Assembly: GCA_964519225.1 (NCBI GenBank)
Contig: CAZFJK010000001.1
Location: forward strand, 21,804 to 79,622
Source of the DNA: an uncultured Methanosarcinales archaeon
GTDB lineage: Archaea; Nanobdellota; Nanobdellia; Woesearchaeales; B54-G15
Length of the DNA stretch: 57,819 nucleotides
Direction of reading: 5' to 3'
Position numbers and translations under genes: made by a program. Positions 18,519-26,839 of the stretch are shown in pieces (the first letter of the stretch is position 1; the number at the start of each line of letters is the position of its first letter). Below the pieces are notes generated by a model. The model saw only the letters and a list, made by a program, of their open reading frames with translations. It did no database searches and was not told where the DNA came from.

Positions 18519-18761
18519 ACAAAAATAAGGAATAAAATAAATTTCTTTTTCATTTCTTATTGTTGCATAAAATTGTCCGTTCCTATAAACAATAGCGGGT
18601 CTGTTCAGCACTGCTAAAGCAAGTACAAGCGTTCTCTTATCCTTGAATTCCATCACTTCTTCACCAACCCTAACATAAAAACTCCCATTTAAATTATTGT
18701 TTTGATACGCCTCAAGAAAACAAGCAAGATCTTGTATAAGATCAAGCTTATATTCTTCCAT
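18504..18761 (-). CDS. hypothetical protein (85 aa)
   Basis: Intact ORF convergent with cdc6 (15-nt overlap). No recognisable motif. Confidence 0.45.
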   Translation of the reverse strand: MEEYKLDLIQDLACFLEAYQNNNLNGSFYVRVGEEVMEFKDKRTLVLALAVLNRPAIVYRNGQFYATIRNEKEIYFIPYFCLEIS

Positions 18762-19138
18762 TTGTTGTTCAAGTCGTTGTTCAATACCTTTCCCTTTCGT
18801 AAGCTCACCTCTTTTTAAAAACTAAAAACCATACCAGTATATAAATTTTATTTCTTATTCTCGTTTAAAAAAGAAAACCACTGGACAACTACCACCACGA
18901 AAACTATAAACAAATTATGTTGCTTACAAAAATGTGATTTAAAATGAGAATAGAAAATCTAAATTTTAATTTCGACCCCAATGACATCAGTCATAAAACA
19001 ATAGAAACCATCTTTTTGCAGCAGGTAAAGCTATTAACGATGCGTTCGCAGACGCACAACAAGAGAAGAAGATCAACTCTAAAAATACTTAAAGAGCTTT
19101 CCATAAAATATTTATAATCCTTTTTTATAAAATTCTAT

Positions 19139-19768
19139 ATGGAAGTCCTGACAAAGGAAGAGGTTGAACTCAGAAAGCACGAACTTGCAGAACGCATCTT
19201 AAAAGGAGCTGTATTTATTCACCCGACGGACACAATCTATGGACTCGGCTGTAATGCATTGCTTCCAGAAGCAGTAAAAAAAATAAGAGAGCTTAAAAAC
19301 GCACACGAACAACCTTTTTCAGTCATAGCCCCATCAAAAGCGTGGGTAGAACTTAATTGCAACATATCAGAAAAAGCAGCAAAATGGCTTGAACGCTTAC
19401 CAGGACCATATACTTTAATACTTCCGCTCAAAAATGAAAAGGCAGTGGCAAAAGAAGTGAATAATGGAATTGGAACACTCGGCATCAGAATCCCAAAACA
19501 CTGGATTAGTGACTTTGTTAGTTTTCTGGGATTTCCAATAATCACAACATCAGTCAATAAAGTAAGTTCGTCTTTCATGACCTCATTAGAGAACCTCGAC
19601 CACGACATTAAAGCTCATGTTGATTTTATAATCTATGATGGTGAACTTTTCGGAAGACCATCAACAATAATTCACCTTGAAGGTGAAAGAAAACTTCTAA
19701 GAGTAATTCCACTTCCTCCAAAGAAAATAAAGCGAAAGAAATCAAAGAAGAAAGCTAAAAAGAAATAA
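19139..19768 (+). CDS. tsaC: L-threonylcarbamoyladenylate synthase, YrdC-domain-only (TsaC/Sua5 family) with Lys-rich tail
   Basis: FIHPTDTIYGLGCNA, SVIAP, PGPYTLIL, GIRIP, ITTSVN motifs of the YrdC/Sua5 fold. Tail PPKKIKRKKSKKKAKKK. Confidence 0.85.
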   Translation: MEVLTKEEVELRKHELAERILKGAVFIHPTDTIYGLGCNALLPEAVKKIRELKNAHEQPFSVIAPSKAWVELNCNISEKAAKWLERLPGPYTLILPLKNEKAVAKEVNNGIGTLGIRIPKHWISDFVSFLGFPIITTSVNKVSSSFMTSLENLDHDIKAHVDFIIYDGELFGRPSTIIHLEGERKLLRVIPLPPKKIKRKKSKKKAKKK

Positions 19769-19822
19769 CTAAGCAGTAGTTAAAACATAAAGTTTTTAAA
19801 TAAACATTTATTTTATCTAAAT

Positions 19823-20425
19823 ATGAAAATCCTCGCGGCTGGCGACATTCATGGCGACTCTAGACTAGCTGAAAGGCTCGCAGAAAAAGCAGAAAAGCAT
19901 AATGTAGATATTGTTGTTCTATGCGGTGATCTAACCTTTGCTGAACAAAGCATTGAAGGAATAATAGGTCCTTTCAAGAAAAAAGGTAAAAAAGTCATCC
20001 TTATCCCAGGAAACCATGAAACTGTTGCAACAGCTGATTTTTTAGCCCATGTTTATGATGCTGTAAACCTGCACGGATACTCGATCAAGTTTAAAGATGT
20101 TGGTCTTTTTGGTTGTGGCGGAGCAAACATCGGTTTATTCCAAATTCCTGAGGATGAAATCTATGAACTATTAAAAAAAGGATGGAGATATATTAAAGAT
20201 ACAAAGAAAAAAATAATGATAACACACGTTCATCCAGCTGGAACGCTTATGGAGAAATTTTCTTCTTTCTTTCCTGGCTCAACTGGCGTTAGACAAGCAA
20301 TAGAAAAACTAAAACCAGATATCCTTGTCTGTTCCCACGTCCATGAAGCAGAAGGTATAGAAGAAAAAATTGGAAAAACAACCATAATCAACGTTGGCAA
20401 AGAAGGAAAGATCATTGAAGTCTAA
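19823..20425 (+). CDS. metallophosphoesterase (calcineurin-like)
   Basis: GDIHGD, CGDL, GNHE, THVHP, SHVHE metal-ligand motifs. Confidence 0.85.
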   Translation: MKILAAGDIHGDSRLAERLAEKAEKHNVDIVVLCGDLTFAEQSIEGIIGPFKKKGKKVILIPGNHETVATADFLAHVYDAVNLHGYSIKFKDVGLFGCGGANIGLFQIPEDEIYELLKKGWRYIKDTKKKIMITHVHPAGTLMEKFSSFFPGSTGVRQAIEKLKPDILVCSHVHEAEGIEEKIGKTTIINVGKEGKIIEV

Positions 20426-20445
20426 AAAAAGAATTCTATTAAAAA

Positions 20446-20557
20446 ATGGGCAGCTTACCGGGCTTCCCCCACAATGGAGTACAACCCGGTACGGAGGGCT
20501 GCTTAACTGCCGTGTTCGAAATGGGAACGGGTGATCCAGCCCCCTATGGCCGCCCAT
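20446..20557 (-). rRNA. rrf: 5S ribosomal RNA (ends +/- a few nt)
   Basis: Minus strand reads AUGGGCGGCCAUAGGGGGCUGGAUCACCCGUUCCCAUUUCGAACACGGCAGUUAAGCAGCCC...GGGAAGCCCGGUAAGCUGCCCAU. Helix I AUGGGCGGC/GCUGCCCAU, conserved CCGAAC-like and GUUAAGC loops, oligo-T directly downstream. Confidence 0.9.
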
Positions 20558-20576
20558 TTTGAGAAAAAGAAAGTTG

Positions 20577-20584
20577 TTTAAAAA
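20577..20584 (-). promoter_or_regulatory. TATA-like box (TTTTTAAA on minus strand) for 5S rRNA
   Basis: Centre lies about 24-26 nt upstream of the inferred 5S 5' end. Confidence 0.45.
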
Positions 20585-20661
20585 CTTTTTGCTAGATTGT
20601 GTTGGTTTATCGGATCTTTAACTTGTGAACAAAAAAACAAAGAAAATAAAGAAAGGTTTTT

Positions 20662-21018
20662 CTACTTCCTCTTTGAGCTCATCTCGTACGCCTCGCGCCA
20701 ACTTCTTATTGGGAATATCTTCTCTCCACGCGGAGTTCTTATTTCCGTGACCCAACCATTCCGAATTCCAAAATCCAGAGGAAGTCTCTCTTTTATGGCT
20801 CTTTCGAGACCTTCGATGTCAATCTCTCCTTCAAGAACACCTACACGCGTGGTTGAATCTCCATCTTTCGGATCCTCTAAATGTAAAACACGAACTGGTC
20901 CCAAATCACTGTTATATTTTTTTGTCTTCCTGACATAGAAGGTTTTTGTTTCCAAGTCACTGTTAGATCCATAGGATTTTGATGGTTCTCCTTTCCAGCT
21001 GATTCCGTAATCAGACAT
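20662..21018 (-). CDS. hypothetical protein (118 aa)
   Basis: GGTGAT Shine-Dalgarno 6 nt upstream of ATG 21018. Balanced charged composition. Preferred over the overlapping + strand ORF 20597..20938. Confidence 0.6.
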   Translation of the reverse strand: MSDYGISWKGEPSKSYGSNSDLETKTFYVRKTKKYNSDLGPVRVLHLEDPKDGDSTTRVGVLEGEIDIEGLERAIKERLPLDFGIRNGWVTEIRTPRGEKIFPIRSWREAYEMSSKRK

Positions 21019-21335
21019 TTTTTAATCACCCCAAGCGGTTAGTACATTCGATATTTTATAAATCTTTCGGTTATGTTACTACTCAAGATTAATAATAAAT
21101 TACCTGCTTTTGGTTTTCTTCGTTTCACTCGATTGATTGCTTTAATGTCCTCTCTCTTAATTTAGAAGTTTAAGGTTTCCAAACCTTTATTAGAGTTCTT
21201 TCTTTTATTTAAGATTCTGAGAAACCGGTCGCATAAACTTAATGAACATAGCGGATGAGACTTCTTCTTTCGCGTGTTCCTTATTTTTTTCATTTATGGA
21301 AAAGTTAGTATCGCACAAAAGTTTACTTAACCCTT

Positions 21336-24251
21336 TTAGCCCTTGATAACACCCAATGGCTTAACCCTGATTACCTTCCTCGCTAATCCAGCATTATGAA
21401 TAACATCTACAACCTTTGTTACATCTTTATAAGCGCCTGGTGCTTCCTCGGCTAAACCAGGCATACTATGCGCCCTAACATAAATACCATATTTTTCCCA
21501 GAGTAGTTTAACAAGTTCTGTTCCGCGCCATGTTCTTTTAGCCTGATGCCTTGACATAGTCCTTCCAGCTCCATGGCAGACACTTCCGAAGCTGATTTTC
21601 TCGCCTTCCCTTGTTCCAACCAAAACATAGCTGCATGTTCCCATTGTGCCGCCAATCAAAACAGGCTGCCCAATTTCTCTATAGGCCTTTGGCAACTCTT
21701 CCCTGCCAGGACCAAAACTTCTTGTGCTGCCTTTTCTATGAACATAAAGTTGCTTCTTCTTTCCATCAACATCATGCCATTCAACCTTTACAGTATTATG
21801 TCCAATATTATAAAACATCTTCAATTCAGCATCAGGAAAAACCTTTTTGAAAGCCTCTCTCGACAAATGAGCTATAACCTGTCTATTCGCAAAAGCATAA
21901 TTCACTGCACAATTTACAGCACCAAAATATCTCTGTCCTTCTGGACTATTAATCGGCGCACAAACCAATTCCCTTTCCCTTATCTTTATTCCGTACTTTC
22001 TTGATGCAGCCGCAAGTATTTTCAAATAATCAGTCCCAATCTGATGTCCTAAGGCTCTGCTTCCGCAATGCAGCGTTACTAAAATTTGATTCCGCTCAAA
22101 TCCAAATGCCTTTGCTGTTTTTTCATCATAAATCTCATCTACATATTGCACTTCGAGATAATGATTTCCGCTACCTAATGTTCCAACCTGTCCTCGCTCT
22201 CGTTTCAATGCAGTTTCACTAACATTTTCAGGAACAGCACCTTCAACTTTTCCATTTTCTTCTATATAATCCAAATCTTCCTCATAGCCATAGCCTTTCT
22301 CAACAACCCACTTAGCTCCTTCACGCATAACCTCAAACTGCTCTTCCCTGCTTAATCTTATCTCTCCCCTGCTACCTAAACCAGCAGGAACCCTTGCAAA
22401 CAACTCATCAACTAATTCCTTTATTTTAGGCTTAACTTCATCAAGCGTAAGATTTGTTTTCAATGTAGCGATTCCGCAATTTGAAACAACAAAACAATTG
22501 CTAACAAAATTATGTCCCTCGTCGCAAACAGTTAGATCATAAACATAGTCCTCGTAATGGCATTTCTTAATCTTCGCTATCTTATCCCAAACATGTCCAT
22601 GCTTCCCTAAACCAGCAGTAATCTTTGAAACATATTCTTCAAAACTTGGTAATGAAACAGGTATTCTAGGAGAAGATTTTCGGTCTTTCCAATAAGAACG
22701 CTTTATAAAACGTCTATTCACAAGTTTTTTAACAATAAATTTATTCATCATATCAGTAATTTCACTTAAACAGTGGCCTTTTTTCTTCAATAAATTTATC
22801 TTTTTTTCAACTGCTTTTCTTACATTGATGAATCGTTTTTTGAATAAGAGATAGCTCAAAGCCAAGCAGCCCAAAAATCTTTTTTTTCGATTATATTCAT
22901 AATTTATAGTTTTGAAAAAGCGGATTAAATTATCCTCGCTTGTCGGAATAACCAATCGCAATCTAAACTTTTTTCCTTTAACACCTTCATATTCAAAACG
23001 CTCTTTAATTATTTTAGATTTTACGTTGAATTCAGCAAGCAATTTAGCTATGTCCGCTAAAAATGCTTTACCGTTTTCGACTAAGTCTTCATGTTTATTT
23101 AAACATAAATTTAGAGTCGCAAAAGTTTTATCATAGCCAGAAACTGTACATGGAGAAGAAAGTTCCGCACCAAAGAAACTTGCTAAAAACAGTCGTTTTT
23201 GCCATAAAGGACATTTAAACAGCCATGCAGGAATCCTGAATGGTTGACTTGCCTTGTCTCCTTTGGGAACACCAAGTGCGCAAAGCAAATGTGCAAAACT
23301 CCTTGCAGCAACCTTAAAACTATATTCGACACGCTTAAACTTTACATCGCCATAGAATGTCTTGATATGGTGTTCTCTTTCCCTACTATATACTTTACTC
23401 GGTGTAAATCCAATTTTTTTAATGTCATCTCTTATTTTCTCGAGGTCTTCTTTCTCCCCAAAGAACCAAACAACACCTCTCGAACGTGTAAAATAGATGC
23501 CTCCATCTCCCAGAACATATCCCATTACTTTTAAAATGTAAGGAAGCGCAGGATGATTATAACTCAAAGGAAGCAATTTCCTCTTCTTCAACTCTAAGCA
23601 AATATATTTATCAAACACACCATCATCTAGAATAATCTCATCAGATGGCTTTTCATAGTCAACACCCTCGAACGGAAAACAGCAAACAATGTCTTCTTCT
23701 TTCAGTTCCCTCAATTCTTTCATGCCGTCGGGCGTTAAAAAAGGATGATCGGGGGTCGCTTTGATTCTGAATCCATTAAATGTCTCAACTTCAATTATCT
23801 CTTTTGTCGGAAAGCACATAAAAGCCGCAACTTTGGTCGAAGTAAATTTCTTGGTTGGATTAAAACAAACAACTTTTTCTTTGTTAAAATCTTTTTTCAT
23901 GTCTTTAATCTTTCTTCTATAACCTAGCTCAAATAAAACCAAACTATCTCCAGAAAGACAATTTATATCGAAGCCAACACCTCCAACAGAAATAACTCCA
24001 TTCTCTTCTGGATCAAAAGCAGCAACTCCGCCTATGCAGAAACCATAGCCCCAATGAGCATCAGGCATAGCAATCGAAGCTTTCTGTATTCCTGGCAGGC
24101 AGGCAACATTGCTCAGCTGTTCATAAACCTTCTCATCCATTTCTTTTATTAATTCCAAATCTGCAAATATCCATCCCGGAACGAGCATTTCTCCTTGCTT
24201 TTCAATTTCCCAAAGAAATTCATTCCGCCTTTTTAGTTTGGAAATATCCAT
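21336..24251 (-). CDS. rtcB: RNA-splicing ligase RtcB, interrupted by an intein
   Basis: Exteins (97 + 380 aa from ATG 24251) give a normal-length RtcB: MPDAHWGYGF, GGVGFDIN|C, GSGNHYLE, HCGSR, HNTV, HRKG, GSVCHGAGR. Confidence 0.95.
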   Translation of the reverse strand: MDISKLKRRNEFLWEIEKQGEMLVPGWIFADLELIKEMDEKVYEQLSNVACLPGIQKASIAMPDAHWGYGFCIGGVAAFDPEENGVISVGGVGFDINCLSGDSLVLFELGYRRKIKDMKKDFNKEKVVCFNPTKKFTSTKVAAFMCFPTKEIIEVETFNGFRIKATPDHPFLTPDGMKELRELKEEDIVCCFPFEGVDYEKPSDEIILDDGVFDKYICLELKKRKLLPLSYNHPALPYILKVMGYVLGDGGIYFTRSRGVVWFFGEKEDLEKIRDDIKKIGFTPSKVYSREREHHIKTFYGDVKFKRVEYSFKVAARSFAHLLCALGVPKGDKASQPFRIPAWLFKCPLWQKRLFLASFFGAELSSPCTVSGYDKTFATLNLCLNKHEDLVENGKAFLADIAKLLAEFNVKSKIIKERFEYEGVKGKKFRLRLVIPTSEDNLIRFFKTINYEYNRKKRFLGCLALSYLLFKKRFINVRKAVEKKINLLKKKGHCLSEITDMMNKFIVKKLVNRRFIKRSYWKDRKSSPRIPVSLPSFEEYVSKITAGLGKHGHVWDKIAKIKKCHYEDYVYDLTVCDEGHNFVSNCFVVSNCGIATLKTNLTLDEVKPKIKELVDELFARVPAGLGSRGEIRLSREEQFEVMREGAKWVVEKGYGYEEDLDYIEENGKVEGAVPENVSETALKRERGQVGTLGSGNHYLEVQYVDEIYDEKTAKAFGFERNQILVTLHCGSRALGHQIGTDYLKILAAASRKYGIKIRERELVCAPINSPEGQRYFGAVNCAVNYAFANRQVIAHLSREAFKKVFPDAELKMFYNIGHNTVKVEWHDVDGKKKQLYVHRKGSTRSFGPGREELPKAYREIGQPVLIGGTMGTCSYVLVGTREGEKISFGSVCHGAGRTMSRHQAKRTWRGTELVKLLWEKYGIYVRAHSMPGLAEEAPGAYKDVTKVVDVIHNAGLARKVIRVKPLGVIKG
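22479..23960 (-). mobile_element. 494-aa class 1 intein with LAGLIDADG homing-endonuclease domain
   Basis: Block A CLSGDSLVLF, block B GFRIKATPDHPFLT, LAGLIDADG-like LKVMGYVLGDGGIYF and LASFFGAELSSP, blocks F/G VYDLTVCDEGHNFVSNCFVVSN followed by +1 Cys (CGIATLK). Boundary codons checked: AAT at 22481-22479, TGC at 22478-22476. Confidence 0.9.
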
Positions 24252-24358
24252 CTTTAGAATAAAAAACAAACACAATTATTTAAGGATTTTCATAAACACT
24301 ATAATTATATCTTAACAATAAAAAAAATTAAAAATTCTAAAGAGAGTTTGTATTGACA

Positions 24359-25825
24359 ATGGGAAACAGCTCCTATGAAGCTGGTGTGAAAGAAGATTTA
24401 GAAAGTAGATTATATTCTTTTTTAAAGACGATAGATGATGAACAAGAACAAGAAGAGTTTTATGAAGAAAAGCAAGATAAAAAAAGAGATGAATCTGATT
24501 TAAAAGAACTCGCTAAAATTCTTTCTGGAATAGTAAAAAAATATGACCGGATCGCTGATTTGATAACGCCTGAAGAACCAGGATTAGCTCGAGCCATCGC
24601 AAGAGCAGCTTATAAGTTCAACTCAGATTATGCTGCAGAAGTTGTAGAAACACTCGCAGTTCAAAAACCCGAGAATGTTATTCCGGTTGGCGAATTTCTT
24701 GATAAAATAATTCGTTATTCTGCCAAGAAGATCATTGCTATGGAAGCTACAAAAATTCTGAGAGACTTTGCCGGACAGGACGCGGTAGAGGATGTAGCAT
24801 TTGTTCTAGCAGGTGCTGTTTATTACTATTTTGGCTGGTATTTTGAAGAAGAAAACTTGGAAAAATTTAGGAGAATCACACACCTCTTCAAACTATATAA
24901 AGATGATTCAAAAACAGTAAACGCTGTTGCAAAGGCGCTGCGATACGTTGTTATGTACGATAAAGACGTTATAACCGAAGTCACCGAAGTTCTTATAGAT
25001 TACTCCAATGCGCCAGAAGAAAGAATACGTGCTATAGCTTTGGATCTTAGTGAAATGTTTGAACACCAAATAACGGTGGACGAGGATGACATAAAAGTTC
25101 TTAAGGCGTATAAAAATTCAGAAGATAGTACTTTTTATGCTGTAACGAATGCTTTATGGAGTTTAAACACAGCTTGGGATGATGAGGCGGAGTGCTATTT
25201 GTGGGGGTATTGGTGGGAGGAGCTTAGTGAGGCAAAAAAAGTTCTTTTGGCGTATGCTGGATCAAAGAATGCTCGTAAATTAGCCGATACAATCGTTTTA
25301 CTGCCACCTGATGAAGGACTTTTCCAGAGCTTATTAAATTATCGAGCAGCAGAAGAAGATGGAATCTTAACAGAAAAAGATGTAAGCAATATATTAGAGG
25401 CGCTTGAAGAAATAGCTAAGAAAATACGCAGAACAGAATGGAGTGGAGAAGCTATTATTGCAGTTGCAAACTACATACATAATCGATATTTAGAAGGAAA
25501 AGCAAGAGAAGCAGTTTCTTTTTCAAGAAGAATAGTTGGGTCAATAAAAGAACTATATACTATTACAACGTTTATGGAGCTATTTGAGCAGATAAAAGAA
25601 GGCTTAACAGAAAAAGATGTAAATGATCTTATAGAGGTGTTTAAAGGAATAGAAAAGAGTCGAGATGCCGTTATGGTCGCAAATTACATACATAATCGAT
25701 ATTTAGAAGGAAAAGCAAGAAAGGCAGTTTCTGTTTTAAGGAGAATGGTTGAGTCAACAGGAGAATCAAGAGCTGTTATAGAGTTTATAAAAGGACAGAA
25801 GTTCTTCTCATTTGTTTACAACTAA
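24359..25825 (+). CDS. hypothetical acidic all-alpha repeat protein
   Basis: ATG at 24359 (track start 24353 is TTG). No catalytic motif. Repeated helical modules and a duplicated C-terminal module. Visibly more G+C than its neighbours. Confidence 0.65.
   Translation: MGNSSYEAGVKEDLESRLYSFLKTIDDEQEQEEFYEEKQDKKRDESDLKELAKILSGIVKKYDRIADLITPEEPGLARAIARAAYKFNSDYAAEVVETLAVQKPENVIPVGEFLDKIIRYSAKKIIAMEATKILRDFAGQDAVEDVAFVLAGAVYYYFGWYFEEENLEKFRRITHLFKLYKDDSKTVNAVAKALRYVVMYDKDVITEVTEVLIDYSNAPEERIRAIALDLSEMFEHQITVDEDDIKVLKAYKNSEDSTFYAVTNALWSLNTAWDDEAECYLWGYWWEELSEAKKVLLAYAGSKNARKLADTIVLLPPDEGLFQSLLNYRAAEEDGILTEKDVSNILEALEEIAKKIRRTEWSGEAIIAVANYIHNRYLEGKAREAVSFSRRIVGSIKELYTITTFMELFEQIKEGLTEKDVNDLIEVFKGIEKSRDAVMVANYIHNRYLEGKARKAVSVLRRMVESTGESRAVIEFIKGQKFFSFVYN
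25361..25756 (+). repeat. intragenic tandem duplication (two modules, 25361-25543 and 25601-25756)
   Basis: 36 nt identical at 25472-25507 and 25685-25720 (offset 213 nt), and TTAACAGAAAAAGATGTAA shared at each module start. Protein level: VANYIHNRYLEGKAR(E/K)AVS occurs twice. Confidence 0.85.
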
Positions 25826-25898
25826 ATTTAAGATAAAAACAGCCAACAAGTTCTTTATCGAGATGTTCAGGAAAAAATAAAAAGAAATAAACTCGTAT

Positions 25899-26258
25899 TT
25901 AACGCCTTTCAGCAAGCATCACAACAGTTTTCAAAGCAACTATAATTGCTGCTGGCGCAATAAACGTAACCACGTTCATCCACATTGCAGCTAAAGTCGC
26001 GTGCAATGCTGAAAGCACAAACGCAGCAGTGTTGCTAGCAAACAAAAGCACTAATGATGCAACTAAAAACTCCATTGTTTCTTTTGCTGTTATGTTCAGA
26101 AATCCAACAATTATACCCAGAATAATCAAAATAGTTGCTGCCTCAACACCCCTTATCTGCGGAATTAAACCAACAATTATCGCAATCACTATACCGATTA
26201 TAAACGCATAATGTCCAAACCTCTTCATATCCGTAGCTTTCTTTTTTTTAGCAGGCAT
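25899..26258 (-). CDS. small multi-pass membrane protein, paralog A
   Basis: GGTGA Shine-Dalgarno before ATG 26258. 3-4 hydrophobic helices. Shares FIIGIV.A.I.G, LG.IVGF.NIT.KE..FL.A and APAA.IVA.K blocks with the next gene. Confidence 0.7.
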   Translation of the reverse strand: MPAKKKKATDMKRFGHYAFIIGIVIAIIVGLIPQIRGVEAATILIILGIIVGFLNITAKETMEFLVASLVLLFASNTAAFVLSALHATLAAMWMNVVTFIAPAAIIVALKTVVMLAERR

Positions 26259-26326
26259 TTATTTCACCTCTTTTCTTTTCAAAGAAAAAAAGAAAGAAGA
26301 TATAAAAACTTTATGCTAGCCTAAGC

Positions 26327-26689
26327 TCAGGCCCGTGCAAACTCATAAAATGCTTTTACTGCAACAATCAAAGCAGCTGGAGCTACTACAACTAGCAAGT
26401 ATGTAACTATTCCTTCCAAGATGCTACCCAAATACGGAATCAACGTATCTATATTTACCAGTCCAGCTGTATTCGCAATCAACAAAGCCATTGCTGCTAT
26501 CAAGAATGGCGTGCTTTCCTTCTTTGTTATATTTGAAAATCCAACAATCAAACCAAGCACAACAAGCAACAGTGTTAACCAGTTTAATGCCGTTGTTCCT
26601 AAAACAACACCGACACCGCTGAGAATTCCTAAAATCACCGCAACCACTATGCCTATTATAAAACTCCATCTTCCAACCTCATTAGCCAT
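26327..26689 (-). CDS. small multi-pass membrane protein, paralog B
   Basis: GGTGAT Shine-Dalgarno 4 nt before ATG 26689 (MANEVGRW), preferred over track start 26770. Paralogous to 25899..26258. Confidence 0.7.
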   Translation of the reverse strand: MANEVGRWSFIIGIVVAVILGILSGVGVVLGTTALNWLTLLLVVLGLIVGFSNITKKESTPFLIAAMALLIANTAGLVNIDTLIPYLGSILEGIVTYLLVVVAPAALIVAVKAFYEFARA

Positions 26690-26839
26690 TTTATCACCTC
26701 GTTTCCGACTGAAAAGAAAGCTTGATTTAAAAAGCTTCATTACCACCTTATCTGAATTAACTACCCACAAGATTAGTAATTATTTAATAGTAGTAAAAAC
26801 AGAAAGGTTTATAAAGCCTTTTTCTTTCCTATTTAAAAA

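Noticed and set aside
20309-20557. 82-aa minus-strand ORF
   Set aside because: It lies entirely over the 5S rRNA gene, whose high G+C keeps the frame open.
20597-20938. 113-aa + strand ORF antisense to the 118-aa gene
   Set aside because: Pro/Ser/Arg-rich, odd composition and no Shine-Dalgarno site. The minus-strand partner has a GGTGAT Shine-Dalgarno site at ideal spacing.
21019-21335. 317-bp spacer after RtcB: possible ncRNA or a 46-codon basic ORF (MKKIRNTRKKKSHPLCSL...)
   Set aside because: Only a short AAGGTTT-CC-AAACCTT hairpin. No TATA-plus-structure combination like the one at 7213-7318. The ORF lacks a Shine-Dalgarno site and looks like A-rich noise. No RNase P or SRP signature motifs seen.
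25361-25756. Idea that the duplicated modules are a DGR template/variable repeat pair
   Set aside because: Differences between the copies are not adenine-specific (C/T, G/A and T/G changes in both directions). No reverse transcriptase gene is in the window.
26690-26839. AAGCTT...AAGCTT self-complementary pair in the divergent spacer
   Set aside because: Only a 6-bp stem arising from a palindromic hexamer in AT-rich promoter DNA. Not distinguishable from chance.
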